Virus record (IMG/VR): IMGVR_UViG_3300021956_000017
Location: 1-57,617 of that record
DNA: 57,617 nt
Strand: one strand, 5' to 3'
Origin: a virus
Taxonomy: Duplodnaviria > Caudoviricetes
Part shown: piece after piece, positions 18,501-27,286 of the stretch
How the letters are laid out: the number at the start of each line of letters is the position of its first letter
How positions within the stretch are numbered: the stretch's first letter is position 1
The notes under the pieces: generated by a model
Databases searched by the model: none
Told to the model about the DNA's origin: nothing
The model's input: only the letters and a program-made list of their open reading frames with translations
Made by a program: the position numbers and the translations under genes

Positions 18501-21500
18501 CCGGCGTGCGCATTGCCTTGGTGGTGGCAGCGTGGGTCAACTCGTGCAGCAAGTCTTCTTCCGTCACGCGGTTGGGGTGCATTGTGATTTTGTTGCGGCC
18601 CTCTTCGTACAGACCGGCGACCATCTCACCCTGATACTTAACGAACCGGTCAACGCCAATCGTAGTGCCGTGCAGGAACTCACGCAGCCCCTTGGCACGT
18701 TCACGGATTGCCGGGGTCGAACCGTGCTTGATAAGCCCATCAACAACGCCCATGATGTCGTTGTCCCGCACAGCAAACTTCACGTCGTCATGCGGCACAG
18801 TCAGATTCAGCGCTTCCGCCTCATCCATCAGCTTGGCAAACTCATTGCCTTTATCCAACTCAGCTTGCGTAGCGGCTTCCAACTTGGCTTGGGCCTTTTT
18901 TTCCGCAGGGGTCAGCAACGCTTGCTTGGCAAGCTCCAACGCGTTTGCTTTGGCGCGTTCGTTTGTTTCAGCCCGGTCTACTACGGCTTGCGCTTCTTCT
19001 TTGGCCTTGCCTTCTTTGGCGGCATTCAATTTTTCCAACGCAGCAAGGGCTTCTTTTGTGGCTTGCTTCAACGCAGCTTCTGCCGAGATGACGTTGTTCT
19101 CCAGTACCTCCCGCGCTTCTTGCGCTGGGGTTAGTTTTCGGGGCTTGCGGGCTTGGCTAAGTCGCTGTTGTCCGCTTGTGCCGCCAGCGCCTTCGATACT
19201 TTCAGCCGTACCCGTACGCATTTTTGATGGTGCAGCCGTTTGGGTTCTGGCTACGGGGCCTGCTGTTGGTGCAGTCTTTACAAGCCCTGCAAGGTTTTTG
19301 TAGTAGTTGTACTGCGCTTTCAGTGTTTGAAGCTGCTTGTTAATTCGCGCAACGCTCTTGCCTTGTTCTTGCAAGGCTTGGCCTTCTGCCCGCAACGCGT
19401 CAAACTGAGTTTTAATCCGGCCCATCTCTTCAACAGCCGTTTGTTTTTCTTGCTCACGGCGCATCCGCTCAAACGTGTCTTCCGTTGCTTTTTCTCGGGC
19501 TTTTGCTGCGCGGCTTTCAGGCGTAGTCTTTTCAATTGGCTCAACGATTGTTTTTTTAGTAAGCCCCGACAATTCGGTTTCAATTTTGTCTATGGCGTTG
19601 TCAACGCGCTTTGTGCTTTTCTTTTGGGCAACCAGTTCTTCGCGTTTTTCTTGCGCAATTTTTAACTGCTTTTCAAGGTCTTTAAGTTTGATTTCAAAAT
19701 TCTTCTGCGCAATTGGGGGCACAGTGACGCGGCTACCGGGCAGTGTTTCACCTGCCGGGGTTTGAATAGTTCCAGTTTGCCGCGCCGTAACCGCAGCCTG
19801 CATCTCATTCTTCTGCTTGTTGACGGCTTCCGCGTTGCGCTTGGCAGCTACCTCGGCTGCGCCCACAACAGCGCGTTGTGCCTTGGCCTCGGCCTGCTTT
19901 TGTTTGACAGCAGGGTTGCTCTTCTGAAACTCCTGCAAGTCTTTAAGCTGCCCATCCAGCAGCTCCAGTTTCTTGCGCTCAACGAGCACCAGCCCGTCCA
20001 GCATGGCTTGGGCAGAAAACTCCGCGCCGTTGTAGGCTTCGTTCAGCTTTGCGTTTAACTCCGCCAACCCTTGTTGCGCCGCAGCAATTTCTGTTTGCAG
20101 CGCCGTAGCTTTTTCCAACTCGTTTGCCAACGCCTTCTGTTCACCAGCGCGACCTTCAATGGCTTCAGCAGCGGCAATCATCTGCCCTATGCGCGTTTGC
20201 ACAGCAGCCAACTGCCTCTCGGCGGTATTCAGTGCGTCCTGTGCGTTCTTAATGTCAGGGGCGTACAGCGCAGCCCGCGCATCCATCGCTTCCTTCTTGG
20301 CTTCTGCAAAGGCTTCCTTCACTGCAATCGCGTAGTTCTTTTGCGCCTCGGGGATGCGTTTGTTTAACCGCTCGGTTGCTGCGTCAATAATTTTTTGGTT
20401 GGCAATAGCCAGCTTCTTGGCTACGTCCAATGCAGCACGCCCCGCTTTGACCGCAGGGGACTTTTCAAAATTACTTGCCGTGGCACGGATGTGCCCAATG
20501 TCTTCACGCGTTTCGGGGAATAGCTCGGTTTGCGCTTGGGCTTGCCGTATTGACTGACGTTCCAAAGCGTCTGCTTCTTTGTCTTTTCCTTCTGCACGCA
20601 ACTTTGCAATTTTTGCAGCCGTCTGGCTGTCTAAGTCCAAACTGCCCTGCGCCTTTTCATACTCGCGCAGTGTTTCTTGCAGTTCGCGCAACGCGCTACC
20701 TTCCGGGGCCAACGCCGCTTCGTAGCTAACGGTTTTGTTTACACGTCCGCGTTCCCCAATGCGCGTCTCGCTGGGTTTACCGGGCACGTTCTCATAGACT
20801 TTTCCTGCTTTCCAATTTGTTCCGGGTTCAGATACGGTACGCGTATACGTTTGCTTGCCAAGGTCTTCCCCACGCAAAATGCGCTCAGCTTGGTTCTGTG
20901 CTGCATCCAACATGGCCCTATTAGCTTTGCCGTCTTCAATCAAGTCTTTTACCCGCAACAACGCTTCTTTGATGCCCTGTGTACGAATAGGCCCAAACTC
21001 CGTCTCTATGGTTTCCCCTTCAGGGATGCTGCGTTGCAGCGCTTTATCAATTAGATTGCCTACGTATTCCTGTAGGCGGCGCAGTTCTCCGGCCAGCGTG
21101 GTGGCTGTTTCTCCTTTTTCTTCCGCAGTCTTGCGGGCTTCTTCGGCAGCAAACTGGCGTTTCAATGGGCCAGTTTCTACGCGCTGCGGTGCACGCGGTG
21201 GGTTTGCAAGCTGGTTGCGAAGAGTGTCCAGTTGTTCTTTGATGACGGCAACCGCAGGGTGGTACGCACCAAACCGGCGCTCCTCCAGTGGGCGCAAGTC
21301 CCGCATCTCAGTCTCTGCACCAAGAATGGTCTTGGCCCCCCGCACAATGGCAGGCTTTGTGACGACCTCCGTCAGTGCTTCACGGCGTGGCAACGCCTGC
21401 ACTCGGTTCACCCACTCGCTCAAGGCAGTATGCAGTTCGGATGCGGCTTTGGTGGCTTCGTCTACCGTCATGGCTGGACGGCCTTGTGCGCGGCGGGCAA

Positions 21501-23811
21501 TGGCTGCTTCTTGTAGCGCGGCGCTGATGTAGTCGGCACGGGCGCGTTCGGCACGGGCCACGGCGGTTTGTATTGTCCCCGACGCGGTTTCGCCTTTTTC
21601 TTTACCCAAGAAGTTGCCGGTGCGAATCTTGTCCAATTCGTCTTCAATGCGGGTAAGGGCGTCTTGTTGTGCGCGACGGGCTGCAATGGTTTCTTGGACG
21701 TGCACCGGGCCATCTTTGGCCAAGGCATTTACTTGGTCAAGCGCAAGGTTCCCGCGCCCAAACGCCGCCGATGCTGCGGCCTGTTCATTTGACCGCTTAG
21801 CCGTAACGTAGTCTTGGTCTGCTTTTTCTTTTTCTGCCAGCAGTTTATCCAGCTTGCCGATGTCCTCGGATGCTTTGTCAGATGGAAGAATTGCTTCATT
21901 GACTTTTACAACAGGCTGCCCCCCACCCAACGCCTTTTCAAACATGGGGTCAAGGTAGCTGAAGTCGGTCTCTCCAGTACGGCGCAAGTTTTCAAGCGCA
22001 TCCATACCTTCGGTGAACCCCGCCATGCGTTCATCTACTGGCGCAACTTGTTGCTGGGTTTGCAAATCGGCTTGACGCGTAGCCAGTTCCTGCGCCGTGG
22101 CTTTTTTGGCTTGCTTTTCTTTTTCAGCAAGGCGTAGCTTCAACCCGGATAGCAAGTTGTTGTTGTCCACCGTCGACAGCGTAAAGGCTGTATTGCCTTC
22201 TTGGATGGGCGGTATCTTGACCCGGTTTTCAACCAACTGCTGTGCCAGCTTGGGGTCTTGCATCAAATAATCGGCGTAGCTGCCCAAGTCCATATCACCC
22301 GCGCTACGGGCAGCGCCAATCTGCTGGGCCGCGTAGTCTGTAAGCGTAGTGTCAGCTTTGGTGGCGGGTGCGGCCTCGGTTTGGTACAACGAACGCGCAG
22401 CGCCCTTACGACCGCTGACTTGGATGCCTTCGCCTGTGCGTTTCTGCATCTGCTCCAGCATGTAGTCCTCGGGAGTCATTGCTGCAACGCGCTCTTGTTC
22501 CTTAGCTGTTTCCAAAACAGAACGAACACGCCGGTACTCCGACGCTGCCGCTTTCAAAATGGGGGCATGCTCTCGCAGCTGAGCGTTGATTGCTGCGTTG
22601 TCTTGTTTCTGCGCTTCAGTGAGCGGCTGCGTTTTTGTGGCTTTTTGAATCTGCGCTTGCAGGTCGGCCTTCACTTTTTCAGCATCGTTGTACGCTTGCT
22701 CAGCTTCTTTGGCGTACTCTGGGGTCTGGCGGTAGGCAACTTTCTCGGCTTCGGTTTTGGCTTTAGCCTGCGCATCGGCTGCGGCTTGGGCTTGTCGGTC
22801 TCTTTGTTCTTGAAGACTGACCTGTGCGCGTGCCCCGCCGCGTTCTTGTAAACCGGTAACGCCACCAATAGGGAAACCCAGCACCATATTCAACGCCGTA
22901 ACGCGGTACTGCTGTAAAGCTTCATCATCGGCAAGCGGTTTGCCAATCGCAGCCCGGTCTACTACGTCTTGCAAGATTTCAGTGGGTAGTTCTCCAGCAG
23001 TAAAACCTACTGCACCCCGAGCAATGGTCTCAATGTTGCCGCGTCCTGCTACTTTTGTAGCTTTTTCCATCAACGCCAACCGCGCTACATCATCCGCTTC
23101 TGCGGCAACTTTTTGGCCAATGGCTTTCTTGAACGCACTTGGTAGTGCGATGCGTGTACCGACCAAGTTGAGGGCTGCGTTTGCAGACGCGTATGGAGCC
23201 AGCTCCAACGCATCAACGTCAACTTTTTCACCTTTACTGATTTGGTCTTTTGCTTTTTCTTGCGCTTGGCTTCCCAGTGCTTGGATTGCATTTACGACAA
23301 GAGGTACAGCGTACTGCCCAACTGTTGCGCCAACTGCCGTTCCCGCAGGGCCAAAGACAGAACCCAACGCCCCGCCGCCAAGCCTGCCTGCGGCAGCTAG
23401 CCCAAACTCTTGCCCAACAGATGGTGCAAGCCCTGCGACTGCGGATGGAACTTGTTTTAGCGCTTCGCCAGCGGCGGATAGGTAGTTACCCTTATCAAAC
23501 TCGCTTGTGATTTTTTCGGGTTGGAAACCGGACTCGTATTTCTGTTGGAGATTCTTTTCCCGTTCAATACCTGCTTGGGCTGCGGCATTGGTGTTGCCGG
23601 TCAATGCTGCTATACCGGTCTTGCCGATGTTGAGCAGGTTTTCAGCGCCCCCCATTACATCGGCAAGAATGCCTTTGCGGGGTTTGATTGGTGTGCCCGC
23701 TTCCGGGTGCTGCGCTAGAACTTGCCGTATTACGTCATCTTGAGATGCCCCTTCCGGCCCCTCAATACTGTATGTGTTTCCATCCGGTGCTGAGATGCGG
23801 TAAGTAGGCAT
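15541..23811 (-). CDS. giant polyvalent/ejection protein (2756 aa) with zincin metallopeptidase and C-terminal LPD38-like domain
   Basis: N-terminal YRISAPDGNTYSIEGP; long coiled coils; LLHELTHAAT...EFMSE; PFFNAQIQG...KLPIPYEFG C-terminal region. Confidence 0.8.
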   Translation of the reverse strand: MPTYRISAPDGNTYSIEGPEGASQDDVIRQVLAQHPEAGTPIKPRKGILADVMGGAENLLNIGKTGIAALTGNTNAAAQAGIEREKNLQQKYESGFQPEKITSEFDKGNYLSAAGEALKQVPSAVAGLAPSVGQEFGLAAAGRLGGGALGSVFGPAGTAVGATVGQYAVPLVVNAIQALGSQAQEKAKDQISKGEKVDVDALELAPYASANAALNLVGTRIALPSAFKKAIGQKVAAEADDVARLALMEKATKVAGRGNIETIARGAVGFTAGELPTEILQDVVDRAAIGKPLADDEALQQYRVTALNMVLGFPIGGVTGLQERGGARAQVSLQEQRDRQAQAAADAQAKAKTEAEKVAYRQTPEYAKEAEQAYNDAEKVKADLQAQIQKATKTQPLTEAQKQDNAAINAQLREHAPILKAAASEYRRVRSVLETAKEQERVAAMTPEDYMLEQMQKRTGEGIQVSGRKGAARSLYQTEAAPATKADTTLTDYAAQQIGAARSAGDMDLGSYADYLMQDPKLAQQLVENRVKIPPIQEGNTAFTLSTVDNNNLLSGLKLRLAEKEKQAKKATAQELATRQADLQTQQQVAPVDERMAGFTEGMDALENLRRTGETDFSYLDPMFEKALGGGQPVVKVNEAILPSDKASEDIGKLDKLLAEKEKADQDYVTAKRSNEQAAASAAFGRGNLALDQVNALAKDGPVHVQETIAARRAQQDALTRIEDELDKIRTGNFLGKEKGETASGTIQTAVARAERARADYISAALQEAAIARRAQGRPAMTVDEATKAASELHTALSEWVNRVQALPRREALTEVVTKPAIVRGAKTILGAETEMRDLRPLEERRFGAYHPAVAVIKEQLDTLRNQLANPPRAPQRVETGPLKRQFAAEEARKTAEEKGETATTLAGELRRLQEYVGNLIDKALQRSIPEGETIETEFGPIRTQGIKEALLRVKDLIEDGKANRAMLDAAQNQAERILRGEDLGKQTYTRTVSEPGTNWKAGKVYENVPGKPSETRIGERGRVNKTVSYEAALAPEGSALRELQETLREYEKAQGSLDLDSQTAAKIAKLRAEGKDKEADALERQSIRQAQAQTELFPETREDIGHIRATASNFEKSPAVKAGRAALDVAKKLAIANQKIIDAATERLNKRIPEAQKNYAIAVKEAFAEAKKEAMDARAALYAPDIKNAQDALNTAERQLAAVQTRIGQMIAAAEAIEGRAGEQKALANELEKATALQTEIAAAQQGLAELNAKLNEAYNGAEFSAQAMLDGLVLVERKKLELLDGQLKDLQEFQKSNPAVKQKQAEAKAQRAVVGAAEVAAKRNAEAVNKQKNEMQAAVTARQTGTIQTPAGETLPGSRVTVPPIAQKNFEIKLKDLEKQLKIAQEKREELVAQKKSTKRVDNAIDKIETELSGLTKKTIVEPIEKTTPESRAAKAREKATEDTFERMRREQEKQTAVEEMGRIKTQFDALRAEGQALQEQGKSVARINKQLQTLKAQYNYYKNLAGLVKTAPTAGPVARTQTAAPSKMRTGTAESIEGAGGTSGQQRLSQARKPRKLTPAQEAREVLENNVISAEAALKQATKEALAALEKLNAAKEGKAKEEAQAVVDRAETNERAKANALELAKQALLTPAEKKAQAKLEAATQAELDKGNEFAKLMDEAEALNLTVPHDDVKFAVRDNDIMGVVDGLIKHGSTPAIRERAKGLREFLHGTTIGVDRFVKYQGEMVAGLYEEGRNKITMHPNRVTEEDLLHELTHAATTKAMRTPDSQLTPMQRASKQGIINLFKAAESRLDLKGQYGIKDVHEFMSEVNSSKDFRDRLDGIGKPESLWQKLKRWIAGLFNQPPSKQALDLIEKIYMPSETYFAKPGEQQAFAKAAKYGEDNDLSQLAQRTVAQKQGWWQTMRGGSNYALEFEMQTTDMRAALRKVMEMGAKAFGDSRLFQQAMYSYTKADQKMPLVLSALSNGPLEIYEDDKGLKGIRSTGKDSAKEVFAAVGDIPDRYGNEAAKMQMATMYLIAQRAANKGLAKLDLGALGITQQEVDAAMAAAEANPQLKAALEKVRERYNAYNKGMIEFLADTGAITKAEARDFLRDGDYVPYYRVKENGIAELVFGGERTIRIGDIRHQPHLAALKGGEAKILPINESIPRNTTLLVNKALTNLAARNVGYAMQEIGKATDSMQVRKGYGVASDASIIRFNQEPDPNDPKDNGERHVRVQTNGTVAEGIPAELLIQSLEGAPLTLPGFLKWGGIAGDLLRAGVTRTPLYLLRQLFRDPMAATATSGLDYGMLTAVYKANKEFLKMSTGQSNTAAELIKKGLMQSGIFTGDPDDISKFALQLASGKDFNAFDKLFRMADKAALNADAATRALVYENAIKNGLSEVEAEFAVMESMNFHKRGLSPAIQYASRMIPFFNAQIQGLNVLYKAATGQMPFNEQLKIKQKFYNNAMLLAAGGIAYAMAMQDDDYYKNAKPKDRYSNFFMHVPGLDEPLKLPIPYEFGWFFSLGAAAADAMAGQTDGGQQLAALQSMFKGAIPGASSMGVPQVVKPIAEVWTNKDFNTGFELESTRLRGKSVEERYNANTTELAKAMSKFAPVLSPIQIERIVSGYFGQIPLAVLAATNGLFKDGEVEPVPKNLSEMSFIGSAFQKKYGGADADVMYKLADEAMQAKRDFDAMKREGRAADAKDFVENHRTELRVAPMALQYQKLMGNIRAMEERIRGANMPGDEKRKRIDDLEKRKQDLASKFEQRIKELES

Positions 23812-23837
23812 AATTTTCTAACAGTGATGAGTACGGG

Positions 23838-25673
23838 TCAATTTTTAACGGCTTGCCCCCAACCGGCTTTGTTGATTGTACCCCCACCGCCTGTGCTGGA
23901 CATGCCTGCTTTGAACGCCTCAAAGGTTGGGAAGCGTTGCACAAAAGCAGGGCCTTTCATATCGTCAGTCGCCAGTTTTTGATATTCGGCGTACATGCGG
24001 GGTTCTTTATCCGCTTGCTCGGTAAGCATGTACCCTTTGTACAAAGCGCTGTCTTCCGGGGCTGCACCAATCTTTTTCAAGAATTCCAGTTTTGTTGCCA
24101 GTGGGGCGCTTGCGCTGATGCCTGCTGCCTTGAGCGCATTGTTCATTTGCGCTATTGCCAAGCGTTCTTGGTGCGCCTGTTGTTGAGCGTTGAGTCCCAG
24201 TTGGAACTGTTGGCGCTGTCCTTCAAGTCGTTCAGCACTGCCTTCACGCTGAGTTTCAATATCACGCTGAACCATTGCATCAAACTTGTGCCCAGCAGTT
24301 TTGAGGTTGATGTCTTCTTTATGCGCAATGTGTTCGACAGTGGCTTTCTTGGCGGTAATTGCGCCCTGCGCAATGGTGTTCTGCGCAGCAAGACGTTCTT
24401 TTTCCGTCATGTTCTCTTGGTTGAACTTCAAGTCTTCCAACGCATCGCGGGCGTCTTCCAGCTTCTGGCGTTGTGCCGTGGTGTACTTGGCCTCGGCCAT
24501 GTATTGGGCAACACCTGCTTGAGAACCTTCAGCAATACCTGCAAGGCCCTTGCCTTTGGACTGCATTGTGGACAGCCCAGCAGTCAACAGCGACATGAAC
24601 GGGTTCATGTTTTCTTCTTGAGCAACGCGTGCCTCACGTCCAGCCAACCGTTCGTTGCGTGCGTCTACCAATGCCTTTAAGCCCGCGCCGCGCTTCTCTG
24701 CCGCAGCCGCTTCCTTTTCGCCTTGTGCTTTAGTCAGGTCGGCAATCTCGTTAATTTCCGGCGGCAGGTTATCCCGTGGGTTGCCTTCCGCTTTGAGCGC
24801 GGAACTGAACGCAGCGTTGTAGTCTAGCCCTGATGCAGCCGGAGCCGAGCTGGCTTGGACGGTGGGGGCCACTGCGGGGATATTGGATGTGGAAATTTTG
24901 TCCGCACGCAGTTGTTCAATCCCCTTTTTCTCTTTGGGGGCTGCTTCTACTTTTTCTGGGGGAGCGCTGGGAGCTTTTTCAACTCTTGGAACAACCGGAA
25001 CTACTGCGGGCGCAATAGCCGCAGGTTTTGCCGGAGCCTCGGGCGCTGCACCTGCGGGCCTTCTTCCGTATACAGATTCGTACGCTTTCAAAACTTCTGG
25101 GTTGGGCTGTTCAAAATTGGATTTAACAGCGCTTATTGCTTTTTGCCGCGCATTCAAGTAATCCGTCATTGAACCGTTAAAGCGGTTAAAACCCTCCAAG
25201 CTGACGCGGGGGTCGGGCATATTCTGGTCAATAACTGCAAGCGCATCACTAACCCCGCCTTTTGCAAACGCAACTATCCCGCCAGCGGCGTACTGGCCGG
25301 GCATGTTCTGCGCGGGGAGCTGGGCGATGCCGGTGTCCTCGGGCATGGGCTGACTTTCGTCTTGCGGAGCAGCCTGCGGTTGGGGCGCGGTTTGGCGAAC
25401 TGGGGGTTGCGGGGACATCTGCGCCACAACTTGTTGGTTCACTGGGGGAGGGGCAGCACCAGTAGCTTGCGCCGCCAAAGACTGCGCTTGCTTGGCAATC
25501 TGGGTGTCAACGTACTTGGCAGCGGACAGCATCATGGGGTCGTCCATGTGCATCTGGGCAAACTGCTTGCGCTGGGGTGGCGTCATCTCCACAAGGTGGG
25601 CAATGACCGCGTTGATGTTCATCGGGCCGGTGATACCGGCGGAATTAGGAGTCAAGGGGCGAGTTCCAATCAT
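23838..25673 (-). CDS. internal virion / ejection protein
   Basis: Ala/Gln-rich helical protein, YAAGGIVAFAKGG motif, located in the ejection-protein block. Confidence 0.65.
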   Translation of the reverse strand: MIGTRPLTPNSAGITGPMNINAVIAHLVEMTPPQRKQFAQMHMDDPMMLSAAKYVDTQIAKQAQSLAAQATGAAPPPVNQQVVAQMSPQPPVRQTAPQPQAAPQDESQPMPEDTGIAQLPAQNMPGQYAAGGIVAFAKGGVSDALAVIDQNMPDPRVSLEGFNRFNGSMTDYLNARQKAISAVKSNFEQPNPEVLKAYESVYGRRPAGAAPEAPAKPAAIAPAVVPVVPRVEKAPSAPPEKVEAAPKEKKGIEQLRADKISTSNIPAVAPTVQASSAPAASGLDYNAAFSSALKAEGNPRDNLPPEINEIADLTKAQGEKEAAAAEKRGAGLKALVDARNERLAGREARVAQEENMNPFMSLLTAGLSTMQSKGKGLAGIAEGSQAGVAQYMAEAKYTTAQRQKLEDARDALEDLKFNQENMTEKERLAAQNTIAQGAITAKKATVEHIAHKEDINLKTAGHKFDAMVQRDIETQREGSAERLEGQRQQFQLGLNAQQQAHQERLAIAQMNNALKAAGISASAPLATKLEFLKKIGAAPEDSALYKGYMLTEQADKEPRMYAEYQKLATDDMKGPAFVQRFPTFEAFKAGMSSTGGGGTINKAGWGQAVKN

Positions 25674-25682
25674 GACTGTTCC

Positions 25683-26624
25683 TTATCCCATACTGTTGAT
25701 GAGAAGCGCAGGCAGACCACCGTGGGGTTTCTTGGTGACTTGACCGCCACGGGCTCCGGTCGGAGTAGGGTTGTTCTTAGTGTACTGGTTGTACGCGCCC
25801 AACGCGCCCGCGCCTGCCATGCCCAGACCTGCCACTTGATTGAGCATCGACGGGGCTGCTTGGTACACGCTGGACCCAGTCTGGGTCAAAGGCGCACCAC
25901 GGATGATGTCCGACATGAAGCCAAGGTTCTTAAACGGGTAGTTCTGTTCCGCAGCGTAGTTCTGCTGGCCCACATTGATAAGGTTTTGGGCTTGCTGCTG
26001 TTGCTGACCGCCCAGTTGACTTTGAAGTGCAAGACCGGCTTGGCCCTGCTGGCCCAGTAGGGAATACCCTTGGAGTCCTTTGGCTTGGTCTGCGTTGAAT
26101 TGCTGCTGGGCGGCGTTGAATGCGTTCTGCATGCCGGTCGCTGTGATGTCGCCCTTTTGCAGCGCAAGGTTACGTTCACGTTCCGCCCGCATGATGGCAT
26201 CTCGACCGCCGCCAAATGCCCCTGCTTGGGTTGCCTGTGCTTGCTGCTGGGTTCCAGCCACTTGAGATTGACGCTCTGCATCCCGCTGCTGCTGTTCAAT
26301 GACGCTCTGAATGTAGGGCGACATGTACTGCTGGGCTTGCTCCTGCCCAAACCGCTGACCGGACAGTGCTTGGATTCCTTGCAAGGCGTTCTGAGCGTAA
26401 TTGCTTCCTGCCCCGCCAAGCCCTTCGGCTTGCTGGAAAGACTGCTGTTGCAGCGGATTGAACTGCGCTACCTGTTCACCGCTCAGGCCGTACTTCTTGG
26501 CCCAGTCTTGGTAGCTTTGGTATGGCGTGGAAGAAGCCGCTTGGGCGGCTCCAAGGAGCCCCTCTGCGTAGGGAGCGATTACCGGCGCAAAGCCTGTTTG
26601 GTACTGTATTGTTTGGTCTGCCAT
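25683..26624 (-). CDS. internal virion / DNA-transfer (pilot-like) protein
   Basis: Gln/Gly/Ala-rich; YMSPYIQSV, GAFGGGR motifs; C-terminal Gly-rich hydrophobic segment. Confidence 0.7.
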   Translation of the reverse strand: MADQTIQYQTGFAPVIAPYAEGLLGAAQAASSTPYQSYQDWAKKYGLSGEQVAQFNPLQQQSFQQAEGLGGAGSNYAQNALQGIQALSGQRFGQEQAQQYMSPYIQSVIEQQQRDAERQSQVAGTQQQAQATQAGAFGGGRDAIMRAERERNLALQKGDITATGMQNAFNAAQQQFNADQAKGLQGYSLLGQQGQAGLALQSQLGGQQQQQAQNLINVGQQNYAAEQNYPFKNLGFMSDIIRGAPLTQTGSSVYQAAPSMLNQVAGLGMAGAGALGAYNQYTKNNPTPTGARGGQVTKKPHGGLPALLINSMG

Positions 26625-26632
26625 GTCAGCTC

Positions 26633-27286
26633 CTATGCGGGAAGGTACTTGTTTGCTTTGCGCACATTGTCAACTCCGGGTATAACTTGTAAGTTAGTTG
26701 GTACGTGAAGCCCAGACACCAATTCCCCCTGTAAAGGAAGGATGTGGTCTACATGCCAAGAGAACCCAAACATTGTAGTGCGTAAAGCTGCTATTTCATA
26801 TGCCTGTTCAACCATCCAATGGTCATCAGGGGACAACCATGCTGGAGTGCGGTGCATCTTTGCCAAACGGCGTTTGATGGTGTTTGCACGAACCTTGCCG
26901 GGGTTTTTTTGCTTCCACTGTTTCCCTGCTGCGCGATGCTTTTCTATCCAATCACTTGTTTGCTTTAGTTTGTTTACTGAACGTCTTTTTTCTTTACGGC
27001 GTGTTTCTGTTGTTTCCACATAATATTTTTTACGTTTTGCATAAATTAAAACTAACTGTTCAGGAGTTTTGTTAGCCCAACGTCTTGCATTCCCACCACC
27101 TTGAGTAGATGCTTTTTTTACTTTTGCTTTAAGGCAAGCCGAGCAAACTCTATCTTTAACATATCTATATGTTAAATGTCCTTGTTTACACTCAACGCCG
27201 GTATAGTATAGGTTATTACCCACGGCGCGGGCTTCAGCCAAAGATTTAGGCAGGGAGGTGATTTCTTGCTTTTGCATCAAATGCAA
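26633..27286 (-). mobile_element. HNH homing endonuclease
   Basis: YYTGVECKQGH..R....CSAC, TPAW, WHVDHILPLQG..VSGLHVPTNLQ...N; AT-rich relative to flanks. Confidence 0.88.

Noticed and set aside
16228-21532. Several 200-300 aa + strand ORFs
   Set aside because: Antisense shadows of the giant protein caused by codon bias
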